Assembly: GCA_010405405.1 (NCBI GenBank)
Contig: MU004234.1
Coordinates: forward strand, 1,949,275-2,013,274
Direction: 5' to 3'
Length of the DNA: 64,000 nucleotides
From: Microthyrium microscopicum
Taxonomy: Eukaryota
The notes beneath the pieces are model-generated. The model worked only from the letters and a program-made list of their open reading frames with translations, was not told the origin of the DNA and made no database searches. Shown here in pieces: positions 38,249-50,093 of the stretch. A program made the position numbers and the translations under genes. How positions within the stretch are numbered: position 1 is the stretch's first letter; every line of letters starts with the position of its first letter.

Positions 38249-39065
38249 ATGGCTCCTATATCGCATACCAAGGCTTTGCAAAGAGCATTAAACATCTCGC
38301 CCTCCACCCTCTCCGCCCCCGTCTTCCTCGTTCCTTCAATACAACGGAAACTCGCAATTCGATCCTTCAGCGCAACGACACCATGCTCCTCGAAACTCGC
38401 CAGAAAACTTGTTCCTGTCCCTCCAGAGGTGTCGCTGACCATGGTCTACCCTCCACCTAAAAAGGCGGTCCGCTCAATGACCATGCCTCAACCTGATCCA
38501 CCAACACTACGAGTCGAAGGACCTCTCGGTATGCCAGATTGTCAAGCAAATAAAACCGAGATACTAATAATCACTAGGTAAACTCGAGCTGACGGTACCC
38601 ACCTACATATCAATTAAACGCGTGAAAGAAGGCGGACCTATAGCCGTTTCAGTGGAAGACTCCAAGATTAAAGAACAACGCGCCATGTGTGGAACAACAC
38701 GCGCCTACATTGTCAACCACATCGTCGGCGTATCGGAAGGTCACATTGCCATTCTTAGATTAGTCGGAGTTGGTTATCGTGCAACCGTTGAGACTACCGC
38801 GACTACAGTCAAACCAGAGTTTGAAGGACAGAAGTTCGTCAACCTCAAAGTCGGCTATTCACATCCCATCGAGCTGGGAATACCAAAAGGAGTCGAAGCA
38901 AGCACCCCACAGCCGACAAGAATATTGCTACAGGGAGCGGATAAACACGTGGTCAAGCAATTTGCTGCCCATATCAGAGCATGGAGAGTACCAGAACCAT
39001 ACAAAGGAAAGGGCATATTCGTCAATGACGAAACGATAACACTTAAGGCGAAGAAGATCAAATAG
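38249..39065 (+). CDS. MRPL6: Mitochondrial ribosomal protein uL6m
   Basis: Presequence (RSFSATT), VEGPLG, LRLVGVGYRA, KVGYSHPI, RVPEPYKGKGI; intron about 38528-38577. Confidence 0.93.
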
Positions 39066-39100
39066 GCTTTTTACCAACTATATACCCACAATGCATACAT

Positions 39101-40207
39101 TTACAGCGTTTGTTTCTCAACGATTTCCCAATCCGACTTTGCCCCAAGCACCTTCTGCACTGCTGAAAGTATCGTAGCATGTAGCTGTGAAGGAGCAGCC
39201 ACAAATCCCTTGTTCTCGGTCAAAGTTCGCCCAGTGCCAAAGTCTATTCTCTTGCCATTGACATCTGTCACCATACCACCTGCCTCACGAACAATCAGAT
39301 CACCAGCCGCATGATCCCAAATCTTCTCCACGTAAGTCTTGCTAACTGGCAATCTCAAGTAGATCTCGCCCGCTCCTCGTGCAATAGACGCATACTTGGC
39401 CTGACTATCCATCCGCACACTCTCCCTCGTAATGCCCAATGCCTTTGCAATATCCGCCTGATCCCCATGATTGCTATGTGCCGCCTCCACGCTCTCACAG
39501 AACGTCGCGTCCGTCACCTTTTCCACCTTGCTCATACTGATCTTTCTCTCCTTCGCCAACGCGCCAGTAGTAAGAGGACGACTGAACGCGCCCTGCCCAA
39601 GCACCGCAGCTTCCAACACGCCCTTGCCCTCACCACCACTCGTCTGGTCCTTGCCAATATCCGCATCCAGTGGCGCAGTGTCGTCCACGGGGAGGTTAGG
39701 ACAACCCAGCACACCAACCTTGACATCCCCATCAACCATGAGTGCCAACGCAAGTGCATACTGCCCCATCCTCAAAAAGCCTTTCGTGCCATCAATAGGA
39801 TCCAGCGTCCACACTCGTCCCGATCTGCCTCCCTTACTTTTTCCCAAATCAATGACATTCAACATATCATCCACATCCTTCAGTCCAGAACCCAGTTTCT
39901 CTTCACTCTCTCTATCATCCAATTTCGTCTCCTTTACATAGCTCCACACCTTTTCGCGTAAACTCTCATTGTTGCGAAGGTCATCTGCTTCTTCCTCCGC
40001 GACGATCTGGTCAGAATGGAAATTGTGACGTAGGGCAGCGATGATGAGTGCTTGTGCGCCAAAATCGCCGATGGTGACGGGCGAGTGGTCGGATTTGGAA
40101 AGTGTGCCTTTTGAGGTCGTGGCCTGGACGCGTTGGGTGAGGATCGCGGCGCGTTGGACGGCAAGTTGGGCTATGTGGAGCTCGTGGGCGTAGTCTGAGG
40201 AGGCCAT
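39101..40207 (-). CDS. MET22: 3'(2'),5'-bisphosphate nucleotidase (PAP phosphatase)
   Basis: KSDHSPVTIGDFGAQA, VAEEE, WTLDPIDGTKGF, DSQAKY, EKIWDHAAG. Likely start MASSDY at 40207; in-frame upstream ATG at 40360. Confidence 0.93.
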   Translation of the reverse strand: MASSDYAHELHIAQLAVQRAAILTQRVQATTSKGTLSKSDHSPVTIGDFGAQALIIAALRHNFHSDQIVAEEEADDLRNNESLREKVWSYVKETKLDDRESEEKLGSGLKDVDDMLNVIDLGKSKGGRSGRVWTLDPIDGTKGFLRMGQYALALALMVDGDVKVGVLGCPNLPVDDTAPLDADIGKDQTSGGEGKGVLEAAVLGQGAFSRPLTTGALAKERKISMSKVEKVTDATFCESVEAAHSNHGDQADIAKALGITRESVRMDSQAKYASIARGAGEIYLRLPVSKTYVEKIWDHAAGDLIVREAGGMVTDVNGKRIDFGTGRTLTENKGFVAAPSQLHATILSAVQKVLGAKSDWEIVEKQTL

Positions 40208-40562
40208 GGTGCTGAATTTGTTGATTGTGATGCGGTTGGTGATGACGCGGTGGGTGAAGTGGGGGAGTTGGCGGGGTAGGAGGAAGATGCTGAGTGCCAG
40301 GACGACGAGTGGAAATAGTTGGAAGAGGATGTTGGTGGGATAGATAGAGGCGAGGGGCATGGGAAGATTCTGCAAAGAGCTTGTGGTGGTGCTAGGAGGG
40401 ATGATGGTGGCCGAGTATCGGATTGGTGCAGGTGGTGATGTGATGTTGAGGCTCAAGGTGAGCTTGCCCTCGTTGAGCTTAGATCTATCTCTGTTTGTGT
40501 GACCACTCGACGACGTCAACCTCTCAATTTTTGTAAACAATACCAAGTAAAGGCTGTGTATC

Positions 40563-42379
40563 ATGCCTCGGGATCCATTGATTGGTCTATTTGGCAAACC
40601 GTCCGCGGGTAAAAGCAGCACATTGAACAGGTAGCATTTGCGCTTCAATCTGTCCTATCAAAAACTAACTCGATGACAGCTTGACGGACACTCTTGCGAA
40701 AGTTGGTACGGAATAAAACAGTCCTTAGAAAGTCAAGATCGCTGAAACTGGAACTTGTCTGTAGGAAATTTTCCGTAAGTTCGGTCAACTGCAAATAATT
40801 CTGTTCTGATAGGAAAAGATTCACAACCATCGAACCAAACCGAGCTATTGGATATTTACAAGTCGATTGTGCATGTATCCGTTTCAATCTACAAGACAAA
40901 TGTGCTCCAAACTACGGCTCATGTGTCAATGGGAAGCGCAGTGTTCCAATCGAGCTCTTGGACGTTGCTGGACTAGTCCCAGGTGCACATGAAGGACGAG
41001 GTTTGGGAAATCGTTTCCTAGACGACCTGCGAAGGGCCGACGGGTTGATACATGTTGTTGATGTCAGTGGGACTACTGATGCTGAAGGTATAAAAATTTC
41101 CAATATCGTTGGCACACCAAGCTTAGTGCAGAAATTCAGGCAAAGAAACTCGAGGTTATGATCCAAGCAATGATATCGTCTGGCTTCGTGGGGAAATTGT
41201 TCGATGGATTCAAGGAAACTTGATGGAAAAATGGTAAGTTTCTCTGTCACTTATTTGCATGTTGCTAAATCTCCAAAGGGGCTCTATCAAGAGACGACAT
41301 ATGTCGACTAGTAAGTGGCATATGTTAAGATTCATATCATTCTGCCAGCGTATAGCTGATCTAACAATAAGACTCGTAGAGGCCCACCCAGTGGACACAC
41401 TTCAAACCCAATTCTCAGGATATGGAAGCACGTCAAAAGTAGTCGCGCGATGTTTAGAACGCATAAACCTCAAAGAGCCGCTCGAGAACTGGTCTGATGA
41501 AACCATCGAAAAAGTTGTCAACGCGTTCACGGATGAGAAATTTCCAACTGTCATTGCACTGAACAAAGTCGATCATGGCGACTCAGACAAGGTAAAGCCA
41601 GACCTTCCATATGATTAAACCTTTTTCTAAAATTTCTCAGAACATTGCCAAAATCTCGAAACAGAATCCACCAGAGTCATTGGTCCTCACATCTGCAGTG
41701 TCAGAGATATTTCTACGCAAATTGGCCAAGCAAGGCTACATTCGCTACACAGAGGGCGAAGAGTTTGTCGATACTCGGGAAGATTTGATAGATCAAGGCG
41801 ATCCGGATGGCGGAGGCTTAAAGGAGATGGACGACAAACTAAAGGAGCGCTTGGAAAACCTTAGAGATCTGGTTTTATATCGCTTTGGAAGTACTGGTGT
41901 GGTAAGTATTGCTCAGCACACTTTTATGCTATCAAGGCCGGTTGTGAATGTAACACACTTCATGTTTGTTGAGACTGACACTAGTTCCAGGTCCAGGTTC
42001 TATCGAGAATCGCGAAGCTGCTTGGTCTAGTGCCCGTATTCTCGGTGAGAAATGTCCAAAATTTTGGAGCAACAGGGTCCGACCCCAGAGTGTTTCGCGA
42101 CTGTGTATTAGTCAAAAAGTACACCTGAACCCTGTCTCTTATTGCCGGCATCTATTTTGCTAACACTTCCAAGAAACTCTACGGTTGGCGATGTCTTTCG
42201 TAAAGTCATGGGCGACGTTCCATTAGCATATGTAGAAACTGCGGGTGGCATCCGAGTCTCGGAAGACGATGTAGTAACAGTCGGCAAAAACGATGTGAGT
42301 AGTAACCATGTGTCTGATGAGAATAGTACGATGTTGACTGACCATTCAGATCCTATCTTTCAAGCTCGGTCGGGCATGA
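40563..42379 (+). CDS. Obg-family GTPase (yeast YGR210C-like), many introns
   Basis: Spliced [71 protein letters not shown]-terminal [13 protein letters not shown]. Confidence 0.9.
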
Positions 42380-44023
42380 AAAGCGTTCAGGGTTTAGGTT
42401 CATTGCTTACTGTTCAATAATGGGACCATTTGTTCCAGTTCCCGAGCAGCTCTGCAACCAGACGATCAAACCACGCGTTCTGGCTTCTCCACGATGCTGC
42501 TAGACCCAGGAAGGGGTGGTGGTTCACCCCAGAATATGCAGATTCCGAGTGGATTTTGTGGAGGTTACAGCAGATGACAGGTTACACCACTAGCAAGGCT
42601 CAGGATGCCAGGTTCGCGGTTAGCAACGCTCAAAAGCGTAGAATCAGTGAAGGTTGATGGGTTTACGGGGAATGCTGGGCCTTTTGTGGCAAGATGCAGA
42701 CGTGGGCGACATGGGTAACTCGGCTCGAGTTTGTCGATCATGGAGAAAACTGTAGCAATTCACGAGGTGCTTGAAGCAGCATGTTCAAGTGTTGTGCAAG
42801 GAGTTCTTCAAGGTCCCCATGTGCGATCTCCCGGTTTATTTGGCCGTTTAATATGGCACCAGATTCCGAGTTTGTATGACCACAAATATACCTCTCGCCC
42901 CCGGAGATTTAATAGAGTTACGCAGCTACCTCTTAAGGGCAAATGCAGCACAAGCTTTTATATTAAGCTATAATAAGATGCGCGGCTGAAAAACCTTATG
43001 CTCGCAGCTCGCTGGTCTCGCGTGTACTTGATGAAATGGATCAACGTCTGTCGTCAGTGGCGTTGCTGGGCTGCCTTCGTGCAGCTGGCCGCTCCCGTCC
43101 CCACAAACCTTTCTTTTGGCGACCAGTAGTACCTCCTCTCTCTTCAACTACATTCTCATGACCTGTCAGAGATGTCGAGTTTACCACGGTAAGCAGGCGC
43201 TCGCGAGATATTTCGCTACTATTGCAACATCAAAAGGGCATCGTGATAAAGCATTGAACGCCATGACGACTGAGCTCTCCGTCCGCCAGCTACTCAGCGC
43301 AGCGCTGCAACTTGCAAGCGCGTCGAGGTTTCCTAGACATTGTAGGTGGAAGTCTTTCCAAATACCTCGAATCCTTTTAAACTACAACTGCATGTTGCGT
43401 CATATCCGGGAAACCGGCTCTTATTAGGGTAGAATATGACTATTCTCGTCACCTCGTGCCGTCCAAGCTGCTGGTACTCCATAGCGGTAGCAATGTGGTA
43501 CTTACTGCAAGTGAAGGCGCTAGAAACAACGAAGAACACAAGATATCCATTCTCATTCGCGGTATGAGAGCATCTTATGCAAAAACGGAAGTACCTCCGT
43601 GGATCCAACCTACCGATGCAAAGCCAGCACTTTACTCTACTCCAACGCTGATCTTCATTACTACTGCAGTGCTACTGTCTGTGCATGCTCAGGAGACTTG
43701 CTCCATGTCCCATTTGTTAACGAGGGCAGGCCGTCAAGCACATCAGCAAGAAAGATGAAGTGACGTTCCTTGCCAAAGCTGGGGATGAGTGGATCAATCA
43801 GCCCATGTCCACACGAATCATATGCTTAAAGATGCACTAGGAACCGTTGCATCCACTACCTAACTGCCGACCAGGAAGAGCTCAAAGGTTGCAAGTTCCT
43901 CGTCGCTCTTATATGAATCACGTCCGTGGAACGACACCCGCGTCTTCTTTTCGTTTTGCCCGAGTCTCTTACCACATGGAATTTTGCTGAAGGGCTAACT
44001 TCAGTTCATCCAATACCGCAAAC

Positions 44024-45863
44024 ATGGCTATAGGAAATGTAAGTTTGGTGGTTCTCGAAACATTATTTACTTTGATGCTCATTGAATACGATAGATCTAT
44101 TTCATTGCAGGCATCGCCGTGATAGGCGGTGGCCTTTTCGGTTTTGACATTAGTTCCATGTCAGCCATTATTGGCACTCAACAATACAAATGCTACTTCA
44201 ATCAAGGTCCTGTACCATGTCAAGGCCCAACATCAAGCACTCAAGGAGGAATCACGGCCGCCATGGCTGGTGGTTCATGGCTCGCTGCTCTTATTTCGGG
44301 CTACATCACTGATCTTTTTGGTCGCAAGAAGGCTATCATGGTCGGTGCAGTCATCTGGTAAGTGATGTTCCACAACTTGTTCGAGCTTATACTAATCTAT
44401 GAAAAGGGTCATCGGTAGTATCATTGTTTCTGCATCTCAGAACATCGCTATGCTCATTGTTGGACGTATCATCAATGGCTTCAGCGTTGGTATCTGCTCC
44501 GCGCAAGTTCCAGTATACATTACCGAGTTATCACAACCCACTATTCGAGGGCGACTTGTTGGTGCTCAGCAGTGGGCTATTACTTGGGGGTAAGGTTTTC
44601 AATTTTAAGCATGCTCGAAATGTTTTGATACTAATACCTGACAGAATCATGATCATGTTCTACGTTTCATATGGCTGTTCATTCATCAACAGCTCTGCGT
44701 AAGTCTAACTTCGGGAAGAAAAGATTTCTTACTAAATTTCTACAGTGCCTTCCGAGTTGCCTGGGCTCTTCAAATGATCCCAGCTATACTCCTATTTATT
44801 GGCATGATTTTCCTTCCAGAGTCTCCTCGATGGCTGGCACGCAAAGGAAGATGGGAAGAGTCATTGGCCGTGCTCGTCTTGGTTCACGGCAAAGGGGATC
44901 CCAACAGTCCTTGGGTTGCAAAAGAATATAAAGAGATCCAAGAATACTGCGAGATTGAAGCTGCCAACGCCGATGTCACCTACTGGGAGCTCCTAACACC
45001 ACGTTATCTCAACCGCACCCATATCGGTAAGTCATTCAAACTCCCTTTATTGATCGCCGTGCTCACAATCCATAGGCGTCTTTTGCCAAATCTGGTCTCA
45101 GCTCACTGGAATGAATGTCATGATGTACTACATCACCTACGTTTTCACCATGGCTGGCCTAACTGGCAACAACCTGCTCGTCTCTTCCTCCATTCAATAC
45201 GTAATCAACGTCGTGATGACCATTCCGGCTCTTATCTTCGTCGACCGCTGGGGCCGCCGTCCAACTCTACTCATTGGCGCCGCCCTCATGATGACCTGGC
45301 TTTTCGCAAACGCCGGCATTCTCGCGACCTACGGCACACCTATGCCCAACGGCATTGACGGCACCCGCGAAGCCACCACAAAAGTCACCGGTGCCGCTTC
45401 CAAAGCCGTCATCGCTTGCAGCTACCTCTTCGTTGCCTCGTACGCGCCCACCTGGGGTCCCGTATCCTGGATCTACCCGCCAGAACTGTACCCACTGAGA
45501 GTACGAGGCAAGGCAGTGAGTCTGGCAACGTCGGCGAATTGGGCGTTCAACTTTGCCTTGGGCTACTTTGTACCACCAGCATTTGAGAACATTGCGTGGA
45601 GAACATACATCGTGTTTGGCGTATTCTGCATTGCCATGTTTATTCATGTGTTCTTCATGTTCCCAGAGACTGCAGGCAAGCCGCTCGAGGAGGTGACGGC
45701 TATCTTTGAGGATCCGAATGGTATTCCAGGCATTGGTACGCCGGCGTGGAAGACGCGCAATACGTATAGCAAGACGGCGAGGGAGGAGAAGGGAGAGATT
45801 GACGACTTTGTGCCTGCGTCCAAGGTCGCTGATACGACACCACCGGCTAGCGAGAAGGTCTAA
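44024..45863 (+). CDS. High-affinity glucose transporter (HGT1/HxtA-like sugar porter)
   Basis: GGGLFGFDISSMSA, PESPRWL, QLTGMNVMMYYI, DRWGRR, PPELYPLRVRGKA, PETAGKPLEE; 5 introns. Confidence 0.93.
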
Positions 45864-46188
45864 TTGTGTAATGTAATCGCGGATCTGAAGCTCATGGGGC
45901 AGTGTTATGGTTTTAGTTTGTGTCGGACCTGAGGAGCTTATACCCTTGAATTTGAACTTGAATTGCTTGATAATACCAACTTGTCTTATAGTAAGTGAAA
46001 TCACCGGACTTTGAAATATCTTTTCATATCCTCTTTTATCGCTTGTATGTTGGCTTACTTCCCATGAAATTCTATATCTATCATGGGATCTACGAGCTCC
46101 ATGAGCCACCAGACCGCTGAACCTAACTCTTACACTAAATTGGTGCACCCATTACGTCAAGACATCAGCAACATACAAACAAAGCAAA

Positions 46189-47510
46189 CTACGACGGGAC
46201 CGTAGGCCGTCCCTGCGAAATTGGTAATCTCACAGGTGCCTCAACCCTTCCCAACGCAATACCCAACTCCTTCACCCACTGCCACGGCCCACCTCTCGGC
46301 TCATTCATGCCCGCATTAAAGTACTCCCAGCCCATAACACCGCCAAACGCCTCGCCATACTTGGCCTTCAGTCCCCGCACCACGGTCGTGAGGCGCGGCA
46401 AACTAATCCAGCCTGCACCATTCGATGGATTCGTCACAACTCCAAGGACCACCTTCTCGCTTTTCCAGCCCGCATCTACCAGCGTCTCATACATGCCAGG
46501 TCCACTAGGGTCGCCCCAGCCGCAGTAGACTTGCACGTTGTACCAGTCGATTTCATTGCCGAGCGTCGCTTCGAGCTGCAGGTAGTCGAAGCCGCTGAGA
46601 TTGCGGCGAGTGCGCACACCATTTGCGCGGCAGAGGCTGTTCATGACTGGGTCTGGTGTGGGCATGCTAGCAGAATTGAGAATTCGGCGGGATATACCGA
46701 GATAGGCTCGTCTGCGTGGTAACATGGCGGGATAGACGGGGGCAAGGGTGATGATGAAGGTTGGTCCAAAGTCCTGGCGGAGACGTCGGATGAGGCGCTG
46801 GACGTGTACTTGCATCATGGGTTCTTCGACGTCAAGATCGATGCCGTTGATGCCGTGTTTCTCGATGAGGGCACGGACGGGCGAGTAAAAGGACTCAAAC
46901 TGGGCATGGTCGTTAGCATAAGTTTGTAGGAGGTTGGAGCGAGAAAGGACTTGGGGAGGGAACTTACTGCGGCAGATTCGTTGGCGCTGAGTCTCTGATA
47001 TGTGCCTGGGGCCGCACCGCCGAGCAGAAACATGATCTTGATGCCCTGCTCTTGTAACGTGCGACATTCGGACCACATTTGATCGAAGCGTGTGTTGTTC
47101 GGCGTGTGGTCGTTGAGCGTTATCTCACCAGGTCCGTTGACATGGAGGGCAGAGATGATTACATGAGTTACACCTGTGTTCTGTTGGTACAAAGGCAGAA
47201 GGGAGATGGGTGCCTCAATCCCGTTGGTCGTGACATGGTGAGTCTGTTGGTAAAGCACAAGGCGTGGCATTGCGGGTACGAGAGTGACGTTTGGGCGATT
47301 CTTTAGCCACTCTCGCTGGTGTTGATTGGCTACACTCGGGAGTTCGCCCCAGTGAGTATTGTTTGGAGCTACCTGAGTCCACTCTACAACTATCTTCCCG
47401 TTTACTACTTTGATAGTCTTCTGAAATTTAGGAGAAGGCGGAAGAGCAGTTGATAGGACTGCGAATGTGGTCAGCAATAGCCATAGTCGATGCCACAATA
47501 ACAGAGCCAT
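46189..47510 (-). CDS. GH18 glycoside hydrolase, most like fungal endo-beta-N-acetylglucosaminidases (Endo-T/Eng18 type)
   Basis: Signal peptide, RLVLYQQTHH, VTHVIISALH, ITLNDH, LLGGAAPG, catalytic GIDLDVEE, WYNVQVYCGWG, GGVMGWEYFN; intron 46900-46967. Confidence 0.85.
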
Positions 47511-48249
47511 CGTGAGCGGTGAAGAGAGAGAAGAAAGTAGGCGTGAAAGAAATCAACATAACGACGAGAGGATCACATAATATGGATACTCATCTACAGT
47601 ACAATTCTTGGGACAACAAATTTAGCGACTCGAAGATTTGCAGAGTGAACCAGAGATGAGGATAATTTGGAGGCCACAACGAACCAATTTTGTGCTGTTG
47701 GGTCAGATAGCGTTCACCCTGGTCCCGCTATATATTTCCATAGGCATGTGTAAGGTACGGCCTATTTAATAGTCAGATATGTATCGCGGGCTGTTTGAGC
47801 CTCAGCTTACCGACTTTGTGTTCGAAGTTGAAGTTGGACGGTTAGTAGTGGGATTTCTGGGAGAAAAGGAGCCTAGCTGCGGGTCAGCACCGTGCAATTA
47901 GCCATCCACCCACAACCCATAATTTGATGACAAGCTGCTAAAAGCAAAGCTACTTTGGGTTGCCTGGAAACATAATTCATAGCTTATAGAAAGGTAAAGA
48001 CCTAATTCCTACAATGTTTTCCTATCGTACATATCCAGACAGTCATTTGAGCGATTCAAGTCAAACCCAAGGCCAGACAGACGCCGTTGGATCTCTATCA
48101 CAAAGGAAAACCGACAATTGTACGCCTCGACGCCCACAGTTTCCTGATCCCATGCATGTCTAATGAACCAAGCCCAAACAAAAAAACAATGCCAGTCATC
48201 ATCGCTCATATGCCCGTATCACTTCACGCATCGCACTTATACACGTACC

Positions 48250-49398
48250 TTAGAAAGTTCGCATAACCGTGTTGGTATAGATGAAGCTCGGGTTGCTATG
48301 CATCGGAATGTCTCCGAAGAACTCGTGTCCACAGGCTTGTTTGGCGCTGACGCGGCTTGCTGGATCGTAGACGAGGAGGCCTTGGAGGAGATCGAGGCCG
48401 GTGGCATCAAGAGCATCAATGATGGGCGCATGGCTCTTTTCCCACTTGGGGAAGGAAGGCTTGTAGTCGGGAAGTGTAGTTACACCAGGCCATTCAGCCT
48501 CATTGGGTGTACCGAGAACCCTTGGAAAATGTGAGTAACAGGGAAGAAGTTTGAACAAGAAAAACGTACTTGAAGATCTTGAAGATCTCGTCAATCTCAG
48601 AATCACCTGGGAAGAGAGGCTTGCGAGTGCACATCTCGGCAAATATGCATCCGACTGACCACATGTCGACACCAGTAGAGTACTGGCGACCTCCCAACAG
48701 GATCTCTGGAGCACGATACCACAGAGTCACGACCTATAAAAATATTTGTCAGACCAGTCTTCCTGCAACAAGGAGGCTCATCTCACCTCATGAGTATAGG
48801 TCCGTAGAGGTACACCAAACGCGCGCGCAAGACCGAAATCCGCCAACTTCAAGTTTCCGTCCCGATCAATCAGAAGATTCTGAGGCTTCAGATCGCGATG
48901 TAGAATGCGATGGCTATGACAGTAGCGTGTACCCATCAGTAGTTGAGCCATGAAGCGCTGAATGACAGGCAGACCCATGCCCATGGTGCGCAGTTCTGGA
49001 TTGACCCCCTCAGGAAATGCCTTGCCGCGTCCGCCTTGGCTCACTGGAAGCGCTTCCATGAACTTTTTGAGATCGAGATCTAGGTATTCCATGACGAGAT
49101 AGAGTTTGTGACCGTCGGCGTGGACGATGTTGAGTAGACGCACGACATTGGGATCGTTCATTTCTTTGAGGAGGGAAATCTCCCGAATAGCGGTGGACGG
49201 GACGCCTTCATCTTCAGCTTCGAGACGGATCTTTTTGAGGGCGACGATGCGGCGGTCTTTCGTAGAGAGATCGCGGGCTTTGTAGACGACACCATAGGTA
49301 CCTGAGACGTTACTGTTAGCATTGGTCTGATCAGTGGTTGAGGCCATTGGCGCAGCCTTACCTTCACCGATCTTCTCGAGTTTCTCGTAATTCTCCAT
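48250..49398 (-). CDS. cdc2: Cyclin-dependent kinase 1 (Cdc2/Cdc28/NimX)
   Basis: [76 protein letters not shown]; 3 introns. Confidence 0.97.
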
Positions 49399-49538
49399 GA
49401 TTGTGGAACAGGTGCTGGAGATAATTGGTCGTCAATGTTGTGTCATTCGCTGTGGATGGTTAGTAGAGTCGGATTGTCGCAGGTCGAGTTGTGGAGTTTG
49501 GGTGGGCCAGGAAATCTAGCAGATGGAAGCTTTTGTTG

Positions 49539-49616
49539 ACGCGGGACACTGCAGGGAGTGACAGCGGTTGTCCGTAAACATCGCGTCTTGCGCGCCTAGG
49601 CACGGGCCAATCGCGT
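49539..49616. promoter_or_regulatory. Cell-cycle-type elements (MCB-like ACGCG cores, forkhead GTAAACA) upstream of CDK1
   Basis: ACGCG at 49539, GTAAACA at 49574, CGCGT at 49582 and 49612, all within about 220 bp of the ATG. Confidence 0.4.
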
Positions 49617-50093
49617 ATTGCTCCTTCCTATTTCGAACCTTTAAGATCATCAAGATAAGATGCTAATGTCTAATCTTCAGCCTTGTTCAGCCTTGTTGAT
49701 AAATTCGGGATGGGAATGTGGGAATAACAGGTAAGCAAAGGAGGCACAAATGGTTGGCAATATGCTTCATGTGAACCGCAGCTTCAGGTCACGGTTTTTT
49801 TAATTACTGTATAGGATCAAAGCTGCAACTCGGACTGCGGTTAGATTTTAGATCTATTGCTTCCTTCGCAGACGATACAATGGCAGTGCAAGCAGAGGCG
49901 GGAATTGTTGATGCCCGTTCACTACCTTTTTGCCCGCTGATACTGACACTTAAACAAGCGCTACATGGCAATGGACGATGGAGAATATCTAAAATTGTCA
50001 ATCGTTTTAGCAGCAGCAATAGAAAGTATGATTGAATATAGATGCAATCAATACGCTAACGAAAGAACAGCAAAATGCCCTGGGTATCTTGAA

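Noticed and set aside
40361..40648. 515-aa ORF-track start for MET22 at 40648
   Set aside because: The extension overlaps the first exon of the divergent GTPase gene (ATG 40563) and shows no family similarity; treated as incidental open frame.
42430..44020. CreA-site cluster or hidden gene in the long transporter promoter
   Set aside because: SYGGRG count is near chance for this length, and the short ORFs show no recognisable motifs.
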